This document shows, piece by piece, positions 59,351 to 64,000 of a stretch of 64,000 nucleotides of DNA. Each line of letters opens with the position of its first letter. Position 1 is the stretch's first letter. Below the pieces are notes generated by a model, which did no database searches, was not told the origin of the DNA, and worked only from the letters and a program-made list of their open reading frames with translations. Made by a program: the position numbers and the translations under genes. The stretch comes from Chrysomallon squamiferum (lineage: Eukaryota; Animalia; Mollusca): positions 10,912,001 through 10,976,000 of the forward strand of contig CM022675.1 in assembly GCA_012295275.1 (NCBI GenBank). The letters run 5' to 3'.

Positions 59351-60504
59351 TGTTTATATTTAATATATTTCCGAAGCAATATTTTATATATAGAAATAGA
59401 AATCATAAATACTCACTGAAATCAATTTAAAGGATTTTAATGCTTTTAATTTTATTTTATTTTATTTTATTTTATTTTATTTTATTTTATTTATTTGTTG
59501 TTGGGTTTTTATTCGGGAAAGCGCTTTTACTTATATTTACTTATTTCTTTTTTCTATTTTTAATTAATTATTATTAACCACAGTAAAATACTGTTATATT
59601 TCATCAAACGTAATCATAATAACAATATACATGTATATATGTATGAGATTTTTTCTTCTTTTAATAATAAAATATAAGTTATAACTGTTCCATTATTTCA
59701 CACCTCAGTAAACAATGATTTTATTTTACATTTTCACAAAATATAAAACGCATAATTTTTTTTTTTTTTTTTTTGTATATACTCCATTTACTTTTGTATG
59801 AATAAAACATATTTTTAGAAATTTGTGATAAAGAGAGTAAATAACAGTATATATCTATATCTATATATATATATATATATATATAGAGATAGATAGATAG
59901 ATATAGATAGATAGATATATATATATAATGCAATCTTCTTATGCATTATGATAAATAAGCATTATTTATTTTATTTATATTGTGTTTTAAATCATTTTTC
60001 TGTGCTATGCATATCATTTAAATAAAACGTATATATTACATCTTAAACAGTATCGAAAATTTCATGGTATTGTATTTTAAACAGTATCATATATTCTAAG
60101 TATTCTGAACTACATTTTATATTATATAGCAAAGATTAGTTATAAATAGTGCGTTTATTATTCGAATCGGGTGAAAATAAAAAAAAATAAACACAATTTC
60201 TGCCTGTGTAAAATATAACTTGATTCTCACTGTTAATGCCTGCTTATTAGAAGGAGTTTACCATGACCCGAAAATGCAGCCGAGTTTCAAAGGGTTGAAT
60301 ATTTGTATTAAAATCTCATTATTAATTCATCACATTACGCAGCACTGAATCATTATGATTATTATTAATAAAAAAAAAATCCTTTTCACACCTACGTGCA
60401 AAAATTATTGATATTGTTGCTGTTGTTTCTGTCGTCGTTGTTGTTGTTCATGTAGTAGTAGCGATTAATACTACCACTGCTAGTGTTCCTACTGCAATAA
60501 TTTC

Positions 60505-60565
<61 letters not shown>

Positions 60566-60829
60566 TGTGCTCTTGTTAGTAGTATTGACATTGTCTTTAT
60601 TGTTACTGCTGCTGTTAATACTACTACTATTTTTACTGCTACTATTATTACTATTACTACTACTACTATTACTACTACTACTACTACTAATAATAATACT
60701 AATACCACTACTACTACTAAATATTACTACTACTACCACTACTATTACTACTACTACTACCACTACTACTACCACTATTATTTTTAATATTAACATCAAC
60801 ATCATTTATTTATTTATTTATTTATTTTA

Positions 60830-61340
60830 AAACGCGGTCAGGATAATGCGTGAGATTTTCCGATCAGCCCGTCGTACCTAATGTAACGCGCCGCTGTCAC
60901 AGAGCCACACCTGAAAACGAATCGGCGGGTTGCCTGGCTTACAAAAACGCTATGATGAATCATCGTAAAGTATTTAAGATATAGATCAAACGAAAGGTTG
61001 TACCGCCGTGTTGATCCGCTTCGTGTTCGTGTACAGAAAGTGTCTCATAGATCATACGACGGGCAAATCGCGCCAGACCTACTTTGTGAATTAGACTACG
61101 AAACGCACAACCGCGTGAAAAAAGCGCCGTCGCGAATTTTCAACGCGGTTTAAGAAAATCGTTTCATATCTGTTGTGTATATATTTCTCACGGATACAAT
61201 AGAGGGTGTTCTTCATTCTTTTTCTTTGTTGGTTTATTTTTTATATATATTTTTTATTTTTTATATATTTTTTTTTTACAATGTATGATTTATCCCGTAA
61301 AGCCGGATAGCTAGATTTAGTTATAATGATCGTAAACGGA
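60830..61340. promoter_or_regulatory. Intronic CpG-rich island
   Basis: ATCGTAAA at 60962 and 61329, TGATTTAT at 61286, CTGTCA ~60894. Confidence 0.35.
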
Positions 61341-62209
61341 AACTTTTTTTTTCTTTTTTTTTTTTTTTTTCTTTCTTTTTTTTTTGTGCGTTTTTTTTTT
61401 TTTTTTTCTTATTTATTTATTTTTTTCTTTCTTTCTTTCTTTTAAAAAAAAAAAATATATATATATATATATATTTAATTTATATAATAATAATAATAAC
61501 AAAGCCGTTTCTGCTTATTTATACCAAACGCGAAGAAAAGATTTAACAACATTCTTAGGTCTACGCGAACTAGCGATCTGGTAGACGAAGGTAATGACTT
61601 TTTAAAGCGAAAAGGAATATGCAAATTGTAATAATGCGGAAAAGTATTTCGGTGAGAGGTTAAATTTCGTTTAATGTTACATAAATGATTCTGGAAGCCC
61701 GTGCACAATTTGTCATTATGCAGTCGAACATAATCTTTCAGTGATAACAATATCGTATAGAAATCATTTCTATATTTACATGTGTGTGCAGTCCCACGTA
61801 TCATGTTGTATAAATGTATGGTTCAGAGCGCGTGAATTCTTGCTGCATATGAACACAATGTATCTGTCTTGCAACTTCGCTTGTAGAATGAAATAAACAG
61901 TATAATGCTACATATATATTATTATTGTAAAGATAGTGTATTTAAGCACAAGCACACTCACGTTCACACAAACGCACAGACAAATGCATGTATCTATTTA
62001 GAATATACAAAAGGAAAATAAAAGAAAAAAAGAAAAAGGCATGAAATTAAATAAATATTATGTGTGACAATGTACCGCATTTAGCATACAGGATCATGGG
62101 AAAAAATCAAATATATATATATATATATATATAGATTATATAATTACATTTATATATGTGAAATGATAATAATGGTAATAATAGTGATAATAAATAAAAT
62201 ATTCATAAA

Positions 62210-62240
<31 letters not shown>

Positions 62241-62550
62241 TAGTAATAGGAATAATGTTACAAATTTATTTATATATTTATTTATCATTTCCTTTTTTTT
62301 TTTCACTTGATCAGAATTATTTAACAACTCATTTTGCTATAAAAGTATATGTACCTAAACCACGTTTAAAAATACTAATAAATAATTACATTTGGAAATT
62401 TGGAAGTATTTCGTAATATATATCAAATGTATCAAATTCTGGTAGCGTATATGGTACTATTATTATATTAATTTATTCTATTGTTTCGATATAATTTATA
62501 TGAACACATATCTTTGTAACAAAATTGAAATATACAGTATCCGATTGTTG

Positions 62551-62708
<158 letters not shown>

Positions 62709-62764
62709 ATTTCAAGGCAATTTTATATTATATTTTAAATGTTATTTTTGCCTGCTATTACTGC

Positions 62765-62812
<48 letters not shown>

Positions 62813-63190
62813 AATTTCATTTATATATTATCTATAAAGCTTATATTTACAGGACTCTTTATACTCTTTATACTGAATGCGGAATATTATTAATCCTGTC
62901 ACCAGAAATGTTTCACAGTATTTTTATGAATGCTTTGTTTTATACATACATGTATACTTAGACTTCGACTTAAATAAAATATATATTATTTTATAAAATT
63001 TTATATTTGACTATAGAACAATACTGAACAACATTAAAAGGAAATAGTTTGATTTATTGTAACTGAGCACAATATATTGTTTGATAAATTTATGCATTCA
63101 TAATTATATTACCAGTTTCCCATTTAAGGCATTTTGTCAGTCAACATTCTTCTGTAATACTTCTTTATATTATTGTTGTTGTTATTATTA

Positions 63191-63288
<98 letters not shown>

Positions 63289-63583
63289 ATTATTATTTTA
63301 CTTTTTTTCATTTGTGAATAAATAAATTTTAATATACAAAAATGATATGTAAATAAAATATATGCATATATTTATACACTGTTACAAATGTTTGATTTGT
63401 TTTCCTTTCTGAGCGTTATTTAGTTTAAAATAACCAGATATTGTTTATCCCATTTTGCATTTATTTTATTTTCCATTGGTTTTGCTTATCTTAATTTTTA
63501 TTTTCATTTTTATTTATTTATTTATTCATACGATTATTTACATTGTGATCATCACTGGTTTCGTTGTTGTTGTCGCTGTTATT

Positions 63584-63643
<60 letters not shown>

Positions 63644-64000
63644 CATCATCATTATTATTATTAATATTATTTTATCATCATCGTCATCATGATTAGTGTT
63701 ATTATCATTACTTCTATTACAACTACAGCTACTACCACTAATAATAATATTACTACTAGTAGTATTTACCTATTTATTTATTTATTTATTTATTTATGTT
63801 TCTACTTTTACTCACATACTTACTAATATTTATATACTCATTTTTATACACTCATTTTTATATACTCATTTTTATATGTATTTTCTTTTTTAATCCGCTT
63901 GAAAACAACCATCAAATATACTGTTTTATTTTCCCTAACCTAGTACCTTATTTAACTCTTTATTTATCTTATTTTTATGGGTTGTTTTCGCTTTCGAATC

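Noticed and set aside
60285-60300. TCAAAGGGTTGA resembling a TTAA-type transposon end
   Set aside because: Single short imperfect match with no partner end.
62868-62880. TATACTGAATG resembling part of miR-iab-4
   Set aside because: Partial match without the seed start or a hairpin; the family is arthropod.

Overview
AT-rich, microsatellite-saturated animal DNA from a lophotrochozoan (most plausibly mollusc) Hox cluster; it is not prokaryotic. The only protein-coding sequence I can support is the terminal homeobox exon of Lox5 (minus strand, 46541-46228), identified by an Antp-class homeodomain followed by the KLTGP parapeptide. No hexapeptide (YPWM) exon was found, so the intron appears to run beyond base 64000 (>17 kb). 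The remainder alternates simple repeats with 0.3-0.8 kb CpG-containing unique islands that look cis-regulatory (Hox/Cdx, Pbx-Hox, Meis, YY1, E2F and nuclear-receptor motifs). Nearly all ORF-track entries are microsatellite artefacts. The best leads are: clustered miR-1994-family seed sites and a miR-10/miR-125 site in the inferred Lox5 3'UTR; a perfect 68-bp inverted duplication 6.4 kb apart with a microhomology junction; a candidate hairpin at ~13.7 kb; and a promoter-like island in the Lox5 intron. All motif calls were made by eye and are untested. miRNA sequences were recalled, not looked up.
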